DNA of 64,000 nucleotides from Gemmatimonadota bacterium (GCA_039588275.1 JBDHAC010000024.1:26626-90625); one strand, 5' to 3'. Shown: positions 38,341 through 50,248, numbered from the stretch's first letter. A program made the numbers and translations. Notes: generated by a model not told the origin, from the letters alone.

Positions 38341-40121
38341 CACAAGCTCCTCTGCCTGAGCTGCTCCACCAGGTACTCGCTCGAGCGCCACGCGAGGGCC
38401 ATGATCGTCAGCGTCGGGTTCTTGTCCGCGTTGGACACGAACGGTCCGCCATCCATCACGAACACGTTCGGTACCTCCCACGCCTGACAGTACTGATTCA
38501 GGACCGAGGTCTCCGGATCGTCCCCCATCCTCACGCCCCCGACCTCATGGATGATCTGGCCGGGCCGCAGGATCGCCTTCGCCCCGTCCGTCTGCACGGT
38601 GCCGAGGGCGCGTCCACCGAGCGCGTCGAAGATCTCGGCGAACGTCCTGTGCATGTGAGCGGCCTGATTCAGCTCGTGCTCGGACCAGCGCCAGTGGAAG
38701 CGCAGCACCGGGATACCCCATTGATCGACGGTGTCGGGGTCGATCTCGCAGTAAGACTCCTCGTTCGGGATCATCTCTCCGCGGCCATCGAAGAACATGA
38801 ACGAGCCGTAGTAGCGCCGGCAGTCCTGTTTGAAGCGGGCTCCGTACGAGCCCCCGGTCAGTGTCTCGAGTCCACCGAACGCCCCGAACCCGGGCATCTT
38901 CTGCCCCCCGCCGAACTCGACGTGATAGCCGCGTGCGAAGCTCAGATCGCCCGCGAGCTGTTCGCCGTACAGCCACCAGGGCATGTACAGGTGCAGTGCG
39001 GATGCGCCTTCTTCGTTATGTCGCGGGAGATTCTCGAGAGCTGGCACCTGCCCGTACAACCCTGCTCCGACGGTGTCCATCAAGTACTTGCCGACGATCC
39101 CGTTACCGTTGGCCAGGCCTTCGGGAAACAGGGAGCTCTTCGAGTTGAGGAGGATGCGTGCCGATTCGCAGGCGCTCGCCGCCAGGACCACGACGCGGGC
39201 GTTGGCGCGGCGGTCGCTGCGAGTCGTCCGATCGATGTAGTGGACCCCGGTCGCTCGCCCGGTCCCGTCTACCGTTACCTCGCGGACCATGGCATCGGTG
39301 ATGACCTCCAGGTTCCCGGTCGCGAGCGCAGGGGGGAGCGTGACGGTGGGCGATTGGAAGTTGGCCTTGATGGAGCAGCCACGCCCGCACGGCGTTGCCC
39401 AGAAGCAGGCGGCCCGCGAACCCATGGATTCTCGCGTCACGCGCTGCGCCAGCTCGTTGTTCGGCCACAAGAACCGTGAGAGACGGTCGGCGTCCTGCTG
39501 CCGGGTGAGGATCGCGACATGCGCCGGGATCACCGGAATGCCCAGCCCCTCGCACGCTTTCCTCGTCAGCAGCTCGTGCGCGCGCGGTGCCGGGGGCGGC
39601 TGGAGGATGTCGGGTGAGGAATCCGGGGTGTTCTCGATCCCTTCGTTGGACCCGTATACGCCGATCAGCGCCTCGGTCTTGTCGTAGTAGTGCGCGATGT
39701 CATCGTACGAGATCGGCCAGTCGAACCCGAGACCGTCCCTGCTGTGGGGCTTGAAATCGTACGGGCCGTTGCGGAGCGAGATGCGTCCCCAGTGGTTGGT
39801 GCGTCCCCCCAGCATCCGCGCCCGCCACCACATGAAGTCGACGCCCTCGGCGCTCGTGTACGGTTCTCCGGGGACCCGCCAACCCCCATCCACGGTGGCG
39901 TCGTAGAAGCCGAACGGCTTGTCCGGAGTGCCGGCCCCCCGCAGCGGGGCATCCTTGGGTAGCTGGAACATCGGGGTCTCGGTGAGCGGGTCGTAATGAC
40001 GACCGGCCTCGAGCATGAGGACTCTCACGCCGTGACACGCGAGCACGTACGCCGCCATACCGCCGCCCGCACCCGAGCCGACGACGATTACGTCGTATTC
40101 CTCTTGGGAGCTCCCGCGCAT
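38340..40121 (-). CDS. GMC-family FAD oxidoreductase
   Basis: DVIVVGSGAGG; LGGRTNHWGR; IHEVGGVRMG; KNPTLTIMALA. Confidence 0.92.
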   Translation of the reverse strand: MRGSSQEEYDVIVVGSGAGGGMAAYVLACHGVRVLMLEAGRHYDPLTETPMFQLPKDAPLRGAGTPDKPFGFYDATVDGGWRVPGEPYTSAEGVDFMWWRARMLGGRTNHWGRISLRNGPYDFKPHSRDGLGFDWPISYDDIAHYYDKTEALIGVYGSNEGIENTPDSSPDILQPPPAPRAHELLTRKACEGLGIPVIPAHVAILTRQQDADRLSRFLWPNNELAQRVTRESMGSRAACFWATPCGRGCSIKANFQSPTVTLPPALATGNLEVITDAMVREVTVDGTGRATGVHYIDRTTRSDRRANARVVVLAASACESARILLNSKSSLFPEGLANGNGIVGKYLMDTVGAGLYGQVPALENLPRHNEEGASALHLYMPWWLYGEQLAGDLSFARGYHVEFGGGQKMPGFGAFGGLETLTGGSYGARFKQDCRRYYGSFMFFDGRGEMIPNEESYCEIDPDTVDQWGIPVLRFHWRWSEHELNQAAHMHRTFAEIFDALGGRALGTVQTDGAKAILRPGQIIHEVGGVRMGDDPETSVLNQYCQAWEVPNVFVMDGGPFVSNADKNPTLTIMALAWRSSEYLVEQLRQRSL

Positions 40122-40253
40122 ATAGGGGATGACCAACCTCCCGGGTGAGCACCGACCGTCGGATACCGATCGACGATGGGCGACGGCGCAGCACGCGGTC
40201 AAGTCGACCGGCGAGATCTTTGCGGCCGATCCGTTGTCGATGCGCGAGATCCG

Positions 40254-40616
40254 TCAGTAGCCGCGGCGAAGGTGCCGGTGCCGCTCCAGCATCATGGCAC
40301 CGCTGATCGGTCCCCACGTGAACAGGGATCGGAACCAACCCGTGACCTCGACTCGCGCTCCCCGTCGCGGTACGCCCCGTGCCTCGCTGAGGATGATCAG
40401 GGTACCCGTTCCGTCGTCGAGCGCGTACGCGCCGCGCCCCAGGGCGCCGGCGGAACCGGTCACCTCACCCACGATCTTCACCGTGTTTCCGTCGAATTGG
40501 TACGGGTCGTCGAGGAGATGGCCGATGGGGACGGTGGCGCGACACCCCGCCATGGCCGTGCCCAGCAAGATGAGCCCCAGACTGGAGAATCGAGTTTTGC
40601 AGGGTCGTCGCTCCAC
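40254..40616 (-). CDS. Small OB-fold lipoprotein
   Basis: Lipobox MAGC; IGHLLDDP..FDG.TV.IVGEV; LDDGTG; VEVTG. Confidence 0.7.
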   Translation of the reverse strand: MERRPCKTRFSSLGLILLGTAMAGCRATVPIGHLLDDPYQFDGNTVKIVGEVTGSAGALGRGAYALDDGTGTLIILSEARGVPRRGARVEVTGWFRSLFTWGPISGAMMLERHRHLRRGY

Positions 40617-40854
40617 GGGAGCTCTCCTCGTCCATGGGTCCGGGTCGACTCCCGGACGCGTTGGCTCCCACGATCCGGGAGTGGAATCTGCCGCCGGCCG
40701 AAAGACTACGCGCGCGTGCCCCTCGTCACACGCTGACCCCGTATAGGCGACACTTGTAACGATCCATCCGCGTACGCTAGAGTGACAGGCCACAGAAGAA
40801 CTCCAGCGGGCCCGGCAGGGCCCCCCGGATACACCGCGCGACGCAGGAGCTCTC

Positions 40855-42825
<1,971 letters not shown>

Positions 42826-42861
42826 GCCGCGTCCGGACCCTCGAGCATCAGCTCCCTCCAG

Positions 42862-42897
42862 CGGCCCCCGGCTCTTCCCGAGTCGGGGGCCGTCTTC
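42862..42897. terminator. GC-rich hairpin between convergent genes
   Basis: CGGCCCCCGGCTC-TTCCC-GAGTCGGGGGCCG followed by TCTT. Confidence 0.55.
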
Positions 42898-42914
42898 CTA
42901 GTCGGCCGACGCGA

Positions 42915-43094
42915 CTATCGGCGACTGATCAGCTTCCAGAGCAGGAGCAACACGAGGACCCCGACGATGATCGCGACGGGATTGTCCCCGAGGAAGTTGA
43001 AGAAGTCGCGGCCCGCGACACCCACCGCTCGAATCCCGTTCGAGATCATCACGCCGACGTACTCGGCGGCGGCCTGCGTGAGTCCGTACATCAT
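42915..43094 (-). CDS. Small membrane protein (59 aa, missing from the ORF track)
   Basis: MMYGLTQAAAEYVGVMISNGIRAVGVAGRDFFNFLGDNPVAIIVGVLVLLLLWKLISRR; GC-rich third positions; C-terminal TM helix. Confidence 0.65.
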   Translation of the reverse strand: MMYGLTQAAAEYVGVMISNGIRAVGVAGRDFFNFLGDNPVAIIVGVLVLLLLWKLISRR

Positions 43095-43155
43095 GAGTCA
43101 GAACACCGTGGCTCGAGGTCCGACGGCTCGGCTACGATCGCGCTCCGAAGACGCG

Positions 43156-45606
43156 CTAGAACCGATACAGGTAACTGAGCTTGGCGAAGAACCCCTCGTT
43201 TATCGGGTCCATCTCACCAAGGCTGAAGGTACGATCCCCCTCCATCTGCCGGGACCACCCGATGAAGAAAACCGTGCGCGGTGAAGGCTCGTACGAAACG
43301 AGAATCTGAGTCAGGAAACGCCCGCGCTGCTCGTCGACCGAGAGCTCGTCGTCGATGATGAGCGGCCGCCCGGATTCGGGATCACGCTGTGCCTCACGCT
43401 CGGACAGGTCGTATTGGAGGATGACCCGGGCGAACAGCGCCTTCGAGAACTGGTATTGCGTTCTGAGCCGCGGGATGTCGGCCGATGAATAGAACGTGTG
43501 GTCGTCCTGCCGCCGTAGGCGCGACAACGTGTACGACAGGTTCAAGAGCCAGGAGGCGGTCGGCCGCAAGTCGAGGCTGGGCGAGATCCTGAGCTCGAGG
43601 CCTCTGGACGCCTCGCCGAAGATGGGGATCTCGCGCACGAAAGCGCTCCCGTTGATCTGCAGCGCGGGGGATACCCGGTAACGGGTCCGGACGGCGCCGG
43701 CCCACAGGTTAGTCAAGGGTGCCGGTAGCGCGAACGGCACCCGGCTCCCGTCCCGGAACTCCACTTCGTAGTCGTCATAGTCCTCCGGGCGGAAGCGGAA
43801 GTACCCGTTTCGCGCCGTGAACGTGATGGAGCGGTTACCCCGGAAGGAGAGGGTGGCATCCACCTCCACCTCGCGCTCGAACGGGGACATCTCGACGCCG
43901 CTCCAGAGGTCGGCGTGGTTGAAGAATCCCTCGAAGCGGGCCTGGAGTCCGATCCGCTGAAGATTCGATCCGGGCGGCGTGAACAGGTTCAACTCGGCGG
44001 AGGCGAACGCGCGCATGTCGCCGACGCGGCGGATGAAGCCGGTTTCCGTGAGGAAGTCCGTACCCACGTCCTCGACCGTGACCTGCCACCCGAAGCTGCG
44101 TCCCGATTGCTGAAGAGAGGCGTACCACAGGGCGCCGAACTCCGTCGACGCCTCGCCTTCCGAGCCAGCCTCGGCCGCCTCGCGGGTCCAGCTGCCCGCG
44201 AGCTGGGTGGTCAAAGAGAGGCTCCGCCCGAACAGCAACCGTGCATCCGCGCTCGCGACCCGGTTGAAGGTCGCCTCCCCCAGCACGCTGCGGTCGGTGT
44301 ACAGGAGGCCGATCGCGGACCCCGCCCCGACATCGGCCCGGAGGCGCGCGAGGTTGAAGAGCGCGCGGTTCTCGCTATCGCCCAGGCTCACCGGACTGTC
44401 GTCCAGGGCTCCGAGGTAGGCCAGGTTCAGGCCCCCGATCTTCCCGGTCAGCTTCGCGCCACCCGCCGGGTCGATGATCTGTCGGGTGTGTACGAGCTGT
44501 GTCGGACTCTGGAAGATCTCGGTGCCGTCCAGGAAGAACGGCCGCTTCTCGGAGAAGAAGAGCGCGAAGCGCTCGTTCACGGCGATCTGATCCGCGTCGG
44601 CCTCGACCTGCGAAAAGTCCGGATTGACCGTCGCACCGAGGCTCAGGTTGCGGGTGATCCCGTACCGCCCGTCGAGTCCGAACTCGGGCTCGACGCTACC
44701 CCGGCTGAATACGTCGTCGACTTCCTCGCCCGTGAGCTTCCCCGTGACGACCGGGTTGATCTCGAGCAGCTTCTTGGGGTTCAAGCCCCTCATGCCCAGG
44801 AGGCGACCGCTCTGCGCCAGCGTGCTCGTCAGGTTCGCGGTGAGCGGAGCCCAGGATTGCTCGTACCCGAGCCGACGGACCTCCCGAGCGACGTTCAGCC
44901 TCCACACCTGCTCGTCGGCCTGCGGGAACTGGAAGCTGATGTAGGGGATCCGGATCTCGGCGACCCACCCGTCTTCCGTGACCCGACCATCGGAGTCCCA
45001 GATGAAGTCCGGGTTGAGCTCGACCGGCGGCCCGCCGTGTCGAGAGGGTTTCCCCTCGATCCAAAGCCCATCACCCTGGATGCCTCGCGGATTCACGTAG
45101 AACAGGTACGCCTGACGCTCGTCGTTGAACGTGTCGAGCATGATGCGGACCCAGTCGTCGGTGAAGAGCCCACGGTCACGCTGGCCGAGCTGGGCGGGGA
45201 TGGTCGAGGGCTGGCTGTCGAACGCACGGATCCCGAAGTAGATGGCATCCGGGGCGTAGAATACCAGCACCTCGGTGGGCTCGACGGCCGGCACTCCCTC
45301 GGTCGGCTGGTACTGGGTGAATCCGGTGAGCAGGGCCGCCTGCGCCCACGTCGTCTCGTCCAACCGGCCGTCGATCCGGATTCCGGGGTCGTTCAGCCGC
45401 GGCAGGCGGACGTCGAGCTGCCCGGCGCCGCCGTCGAAGCGCAGCGAATCGCTGCCGGCGGCGCGCGTGGCCACCGGCGTTGCACTGGGGTCGCCGCCCG
45501 GCCCCGCGGTGGAAGATGCCGGAGCCTGGCCGACCAACGAGGTGGCCGTGAACGCCACCAGCCCGAGCGCAATCCAGCTTCCGGCGCTCACCGCACCGCG
45601 TCGCAT
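43156..45606 (-). CDS. CBM9-like + DUF5916 outer-membrane protein
   Basis: IDGRLDE..W, GWVAEIRIP, NPDFSQVEAD, EKRPFFLDG; ends KLSYLYRF. Confidence 0.88.
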   Translation of the reverse strand: MRRGAVSAGSWIALGLVAFTATSLVGQAPASSTAGPGGDPSATPVATRAAGSDSLRFDGGAGQLDVRLPRLNDPGIRIDGRLDETTWAQAALLTGFTQYQPTEGVPAVEPTEVLVFYAPDAIYFGIRAFDSQPSTIPAQLGQRDRGLFTDDWVRIMLDTFNDERQAYLFYVNPRGIQGDGLWIEGKPSRHGGPPVELNPDFIWDSDGRVTEDGWVAEIRIPYISFQFPQADEQVWRLNVAREVRRLGYEQSWAPLTANLTSTLAQSGRLLGMRGLNPKKLLEINPVVTGKLTGEEVDDVFSRGSVEPEFGLDGRYGITRNLSLGATVNPDFSQVEADADQIAVNERFALFFSEKRPFFLDGTEIFQSPTQLVHTRQIIDPAGGAKLTGKIGGLNLAYLGALDDSPVSLGDSENRALFNLARLRADVGAGSAIGLLYTDRSVLGEATFNRVASADARLLFGRSLSLTTQLAGSWTREAAEAGSEGEASTEFGALWYASLQQSGRSFGWQVTVEDVGTDFLTETGFIRRVGDMRAFASAELNLFTPPGSNLQRIGLQARFEGFFNHADLWSGVEMSPFEREVEVDATLSFRGNRSITFTARNGYFRFRPEDYDDYEVEFRDGSRVPFALPAPLTNLWAGAVRTRYRVSPALQINGSAFVREIPIFGEASRGLELRISPSLDLRPTASWLLNLSYTLSRLRRQDDHTFYSSADIPRLRTQYQFSKALFARVILQYDLSEREAQRDPESGRPLIIDDELSVDEQRGRFLTQILVSYEPSPRTVFFIGWSRQMEGDRTFSLGEMDPINEGFFAKLSYLYRF

Positions 45607-45947
45607 TGGGCCGACCTCGCCCCCGCCCGCACCTTCGAGCTCTGATCGTTCACGAACGGCCTAATCTGCAAGAAGCGGGCGGCTCCTGGCCACACCCGAG
45701 GTGTAACTCCCTCGTCGTCGCGGTTGTCGGGAGGGTTTGAGACTCCGGCGGGTCGCCGGCGTCGTTCGGCGACCCGTCGGAGCGTTTCGATCCACCCACA
45801 TAACCCCTGGGGGTCGAAACGCGCTGCACCGGTCGCCTGGAGACGGGGCGCGGAGGCTCCTATTGTTCAGAGTAGCCGCGGCGAAAGTACCTGGACGCCT
45901 GTGAAGCCGCTCGGGGAGGAGCGGCGACGCGCGGGAGAGAGGAACCG

Positions 45948-47411
45948 ATGAAACGAAGGATGCCACGCTTCATGTGGAGCCCGGCCGTACTGACGCTCAC
46001 CGTCTTGAGCGGCAGCTGCGCCACGAACCCGGCGACGGGCGAACGGATGCTCTCGCTCGTGAGCGAGAGTCAGGAGATCGAGATGGGCCAGGCCTACTCG
46101 CAGCAGGTCGAGGCCACCATGGCCGTCTACGATGACTCCGAACTGGGATCGTACGTGGACCAGATCGGCCAGGAGCTGGCCGCGGTGTCCGAGCGTCCCC
46201 AGCTCCCCTGGAGCTTCAAGGTGATCGACGATCCCACCGTGAACGCGTTCGCGGTTCCGGGCGGATTCCTGTACGTGACGCGGGGGATCCTCACGCACTT
46301 CAACTCCGAGGCCGAGTTGGCCGCGGTGCTGGGGCACGAGATCGGACACGTCACCGCGCGCCACTCGGTCGAGCAGATCAGCCGCGCCCAGCTCGGCGGG
46401 CTCCTCCTGGGCGTGGGGTCCATCTTGAGCGAAGACGTGCGGCGGTTCGGCGGACTCGCCCAGACGGGACTAGGAATCCTGTTTCTGTCCTACAGCCGCA
46501 GCGACGAGCATCAGGCCGACATGCTGGGGGTCCGCTACTCGCTCAGGAAGGACTACGATCCGCGCGAGGCGGTCGAGGTGCACCGGATGCTGGGTCGCCA
46601 GACCGAGCTGCGTGGGGGCAGCGGGATCCCGAATTGGCTCTCCACGCACCCGAGCTCGGTCGACCGAATCGATCGCATTCAAGCGCAGGTCGACACGATC
46701 CCCGACGCCCGTCTCGCCCGGACGCACGTGCGCCCGAGCGAGTACCTGCAGCAACTCGATGGGGTGGTGTTCGGCACGAATCCACGACACGGGTTCTTCC
46801 AATCCGCGCTCTTCCTGCACCCCGACCTCGAGTTCCAGATCCGCTTCCCGTCCGGTTGGGCGACGGCGAACCTGACGCAGGCGGTGATGGCGCGGAGCCC
46901 GAACGAAGACGCGATCATTCAGCTCACGCTCGCGGAAACGGCCGGTCACGCGAACGCTGCGCGGGCCTTCTTCGATCAGGAAGGCGTGCGAAGTCGTCGT
47001 GTGGCTACCGGGACCGTCAACGGGCTGCCCGCGACAACCGGGAACTTCGAGGTCGCCACGCAGGATGGAGTTCTCGAAGGCGTGGCGACGTGGCTGGACT
47101 ACGGCGGGCGGACCTACCAGATCCTCGGATACACGGCACGGGGGGACCTCTCCACGCACGATGGGGCGATTCGGGCCACGATCGGATCGTTCGATCGACT
47201 GACCGACCGCGCCGCGCTCAACGTCGAGCCGCTCCATGTACAGCTGGTGACGGTTCAGCGGCCCACGACCCTCCGCCGCATGGCGGGTGCGCGCGCGTTG
47301 CCCATCCCGCTCGAAGCACTGGCGATCGCGAACGGGTTGGGCGAGGACGAGAATATTCCGGCGGGAACGACGGTCAAGTGGGTGGTCGGCGAGAATCCCC
47401 CGGGCACATGA
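45948..47411 (+). CDS. M48 family metalloprotease lipoprotein
   Basis: Lipobox SGSC; NAFAVPGG; HEIGH; E..AD; STHP; LysM-like C-terminus. Confidence 0.9.
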   Translation: MKRRMPRFMWSPAVLTLTVLSGSCATNPATGERMLSLVSESQEIEMGQAYSQQVEATMAVYDDSELGSYVDQIGQELAAVSERPQLPWSFKVIDDPTVNAFAVPGGFLYVTRGILTHFNSEAELAAVLGHEIGHVTARHSVEQISRAQLGGLLLGVGSILSEDVRRFGGLAQTGLGILFLSYSRSDEHQADMLGVRYSLRKDYDPREAVEVHRMLGRQTELRGGSGIPNWLSTHPSSVDRIDRIQAQVDTIPDARLARTHVRPSEYLQQLDGVVFGTNPRHGFFQSALFLHPDLEFQIRFPSGWATANLTQAVMARSPNEDAIIQLTLAETAGHANAARAFFDQEGVRSRRVATGTVNGLPATTGNFEVATQDGVLEGVATWLDYGGRTYQILGYTARGDLSTHDGAIRATIGSFDRLTDRAALNVEPLHVQLVTVQRPTTLRRMAGARALPIPLEALAIANGLGEDENIPAGTTVKWVVGENPPGT

Positions 47412-47416
47412 GGAGC

Positions 47417-49063
47417 ATGTCCGCTCGCAGGCGGCGCAGCGGCCGGACCGCACGGTCCGGCCGCGATATTGGAGAGCCGACGATCGTCCTGGCGGCCGCA
47501 ATGGTCGGCCTGATCGCAGCGGCGGTAGCTCTGACCGCGTGCGGGGCACCCGCCAGCAGTCCCGCGACGGGTCCCGTGGCCGATGAGATACGGGCGGCCC
47601 TGACATCGGGATCTGCGACCTTCGATCACACGGAATGGGACCGTCTTCTGGCCGGGGGCACCGAGAACGGACTCGTCGACTACGCCTTCATGCGGAGCAA
47701 TCGCGGGGCCCTGGACGGCTACCTGGATCGCATCGCGGTCGCCGACCTCGCCAGCCTGGCAGGCGATGAGTTGAAGGCGCTGCTCATCAACGCCTACAAC
47801 GCCATTACGGTGCGGGTGATCCTGGACAACCCAGGTGTCTCATCGATTCGCGAGATCGACGGCGCGTGGACCGACATCCGGCACGCCTTCGGGGGCCATG
47901 AGCTCACGCTGGACAACCTCGAGCACAATCTCCTGCGGCCCTTCTTCAAGGATCCTCGGATCCACTTCGCCGTGAACTGCGCGTCTATGTCCTGCGCGCC
48001 TCTCCCCGGGTGGGCGTTCGAGGGCGCCGAGCTCGAAGAGCAGCTCGAGGAACGGAGCACGAGCTTCGTGAGCGATACGCGCAACGTTCGAGTCGAGGAC
48101 GGGCGGCTCGTCGTGTCACGCTACTTCGACTGGTACGGCGACGATTTCACCGCCGAGGGCTGGTCTCCACGTGCGGAAACGATCGCCGGGTTCATCCAGC
48201 GATACGCTGACGCCGAAGTAGGGGAGCTGATCTCGAGCGCCGGGGAGAACGTGCCGCTCGAGTTCACGGACTACGACTGGTCCCTGAACAGCGCGGACCG
48301 AGCCGGGGCCGGTGCGTCGGCCCCGGGTGCTCACGGCGCCGCCGTGCCTGGCGTCGGCGCGGGAATCGGTCCCGACCCCGACACCGGTGGGTGGGTGGCT
48401 CGCGTGCGTGAATGGGTCGCGGGGTTCGGACCCGCCGCTCCCCTGGCTTACGGGCTCATCTACGTGCTCGCGGTCGTCCTTCTGATCCCGGGCTCGTCGC
48501 TGACGATCGGGGCGGGATTCGCCTTCGGACTCGGACTCGGAACGCTGGTGGTGGTCATTTCCGCGAACATCGGCGCCGCGCTCGCCTTCCTGCTGGGAAG
48601 GTATCTGCTGAGGCGGCGGGTGGAGCGCTGGCTGGAGGGGCGCGAGAAGCTGAGTGCCGTGGATCGGGCCGTGGAGGGCCAGGGGTGGCGAGTAGTGGCC
48701 CTGACCAGGCTCTCACCCGCGTTCCCGTTCAACGTGCAGAACTACTTCTACGGTCTAACCGGTGTCCGGTTTTGGTCGTACGTGCTGGCATCGCTGTTCG
48801 CGATGCTCCCCGGCACCCTGCTGTACGTGTACGTCGGGGTCGCCGGGGCGGAGGTCGCCTCGGCCCTCGGGGGCGCGGCGAGCTGGGGCCGCACCGCGCT
48901 GCTCGTCGCGGGGCTGCTCGCGACCCTCGTCGTCGTGGTCCTCGTGACGCGCGTCGCGAAGCGCGAGCTGGAGAAAGTCACGCGTGAGAGCACGGGTGAC
49001 GTGGCTGCCTCGTCCCGCGGTCAAGACTCGTCCCGCGGTCAAGAGGTATCCCTGCGCGCGTAG
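47417..49063 (+). CDS. DUF547 lipoprotein domain fused to a VTT (TVP38/DedA) membrane domain
   Basis: Lipobox LTAC; GLVDY, LINAYNA, DPRIHFAVNCASMSC, YFDWY..DF, YDWSLN; then IPGS.LT..AG..FG and RLSPAFPFNVQNY. Confidence 0.85.
   Translation: MSARRRRSGRTARSGRDIGEPTIVLAAAMVGLIAAAVALTACGAPASSPATGPVADEIRAALTSGSATFDHTEWDRLLAGGTENGLVDYAFMRSNRGALDGYLDRIAVADLASLAGDELKALLINAYNAITVRVILDNPGVSSIREIDGAWTDIRHAFGGHELTLDNLEHNLLRPFFKDPRIHFAVNCASMSCAPLPGWAFEGAELEEQLEERSTSFVSDTRNVRVEDGRLVVSRYFDWYGDDFTAEGWSPRAETIAGFIQRYADAEVGELISSAGENVPLEFTDYDWSLNSADRAGAGASAPGAHGAAVPGVGAGIGPDPDTGGWVARVREWVAGFGPAAPLAYGLIYVLAVVLLIPGSSLTIGAGFAFGLGLGTLVVVISANIGAALAFLLGRYLLRRRVERWLEGREKLSAVDRAVEGQGWRVVALTRLSPAFPFNVQNYFYGLTGVRFWSYVLASLFAMLPGTLLYVYVGVAGAEVASALGGAASWGRTALLVAGLLATLVVVVLVTRVAKRELEKVTRESTGDVAASSRGQDSSRGQEVSLRA
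49009..49044 (+). repeat. Perfect 18-bp tandem duplication
   Basis: CTCGTCCCGCGGTCAAGA x2 (SSRGQD/SSRGQE) at the gene's 3' end. Confidence 0.9.
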
Positions 49064-49084
49064 GAGGCCGCTGACCTCGTCGGC

Positions 49085-50248
49085 TCAGCTCGACCGCTCA
49101 GCGGCGGCGCACCGACCTGCGAGCGGTCGCTCGCGCTGAAGCCGGCGGATCACCTCCGTCGCGCCCCGGTCGGTCAGGTCGATCGCCAGACCGTCCGGCG
49201 CCCCATCGGCGATCCAACGCTGGATCATCAAGCTCGTCACCGTGTCACGCGGTTCGAGGACGGATGGGGTTCGCAACTCGCCGACCCGGACCGCGTAGCA
49301 CGCGTCCTCGACGGCCGGCTCCCAGACCCCGTCTCGCCAGGGCACCGTAGTCCGGTGTAGCGCGCGTCCGCCGGCCACGGGCTGGAGGACCAGGTGCTCG
49401 TGCCGGGCGGCAGGGAGCACCAGGAGCCACGATCCGGCGCCACCATCCGGTTCCAGCGCGAACCGCAGCTCCTCCAGCTCATCCAGCCACGAGAGCCGTG
49501 TCTTGTGGTAGGCAGCCTCCTCGAACGCCAGACGCCCGGCCGCCTCGTCCCGGGCGCGGACGCACCGACGGCGAACGTCGGCGGCGTACCCCGCATCGGC
49601 GAGACTCCGGACCGCCGCCTCCATCTGAGAGCGGTAGTCGTCGATCCCGGTGAGCCGGGCGCAGGGTGCAGTGCACAGGTCGAGGTCGTGCTGGATGCAC
49701 GGAGAGGTGCCGGAATCCGGCCGCACCGGTTCGGTGCAGGTTCGCAACCGAAACGTCTTCTCCGTGAGCCGTCGAACTCGCTCGGCGAGATGGCGACCCC
49801 AGAACGGGCCGAAGTACCGCGAGCCCACGCGCCGCGGTCGGCGGACCACCCGCAGACGCGGAAACGGCTCGTTCCACCGGAGCTCCAGGTACCAGCCCCG
49901 CCACCGGTTCTTGAGCGCGCGGTTGTACGGGGGCTTCTCGCCGAGAATCCGGTCCGCCTCTTCGAGACGAGCCTCCAGATCGCTTCCGGTCGTCTGGACG
50001 GATACGTCCCGGGCGATGCTCAACATCTCGGCGAGACGTTGATCCTGTGGACCGCCGCCGTAGAAATACCCGCGCACTCGGCGACGTACGTTGACGCTCT
50101 TGCCCACGTACAGCGGCCGCCCCGACTCCTCCGCGAAGGTGTAGACGCCCGGAGCCCGAGGCAGGTTGCTGGGGACCCAATCCGGGACCGGGCTCGCTCG
50201 CGGCACCCCCGCTACTCCCGCCTGCCTAGACGCGATGTCGTGAGCCAT
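49085..50248 (-). CDS. UvrC-N-terminal / Cho-like GIY-YIG nuclease
   Basis: PGVYTF..LYVGKS.NVRRRV..YF; PPYN; YFGPF; four-Cys region; UVR helix AFEEAA; no recognisable RNase H or HhH domains. Confidence 0.82.
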   Translation of the reverse strand: MAHDIASRQAGVAGVPRASPVPDWVPSNLPRAPGVYTFAEESGRPLYVGKSVNVRRRVRGYFYGGGPQDQRLAEMLSIARDVSVQTTGSDLEARLEEADRILGEKPPYNRALKNRWRGWYLELRWNEPFPRLRVVRRPRRVGSRYFGPFWGRHLAERVRRLTEKTFRLRTCTEPVRPDSGTSPCIQHDLDLCTAPCARLTGIDDYRSQMEAAVRSLADAGYAADVRRRCVRARDEAAGRLAFEEAAYHKTRLSWLDELEELRFALEPDGGAGSWLLVLPAARHEHLVLQPVAGGRALHRTTVPWRDGVWEPAVEDACYAVRVGELRTPSVLEPRDTVTSLMIQRWIADGAPDGLAIDLTDRGATEVIRRLQRERPLAGRCAAAERSS

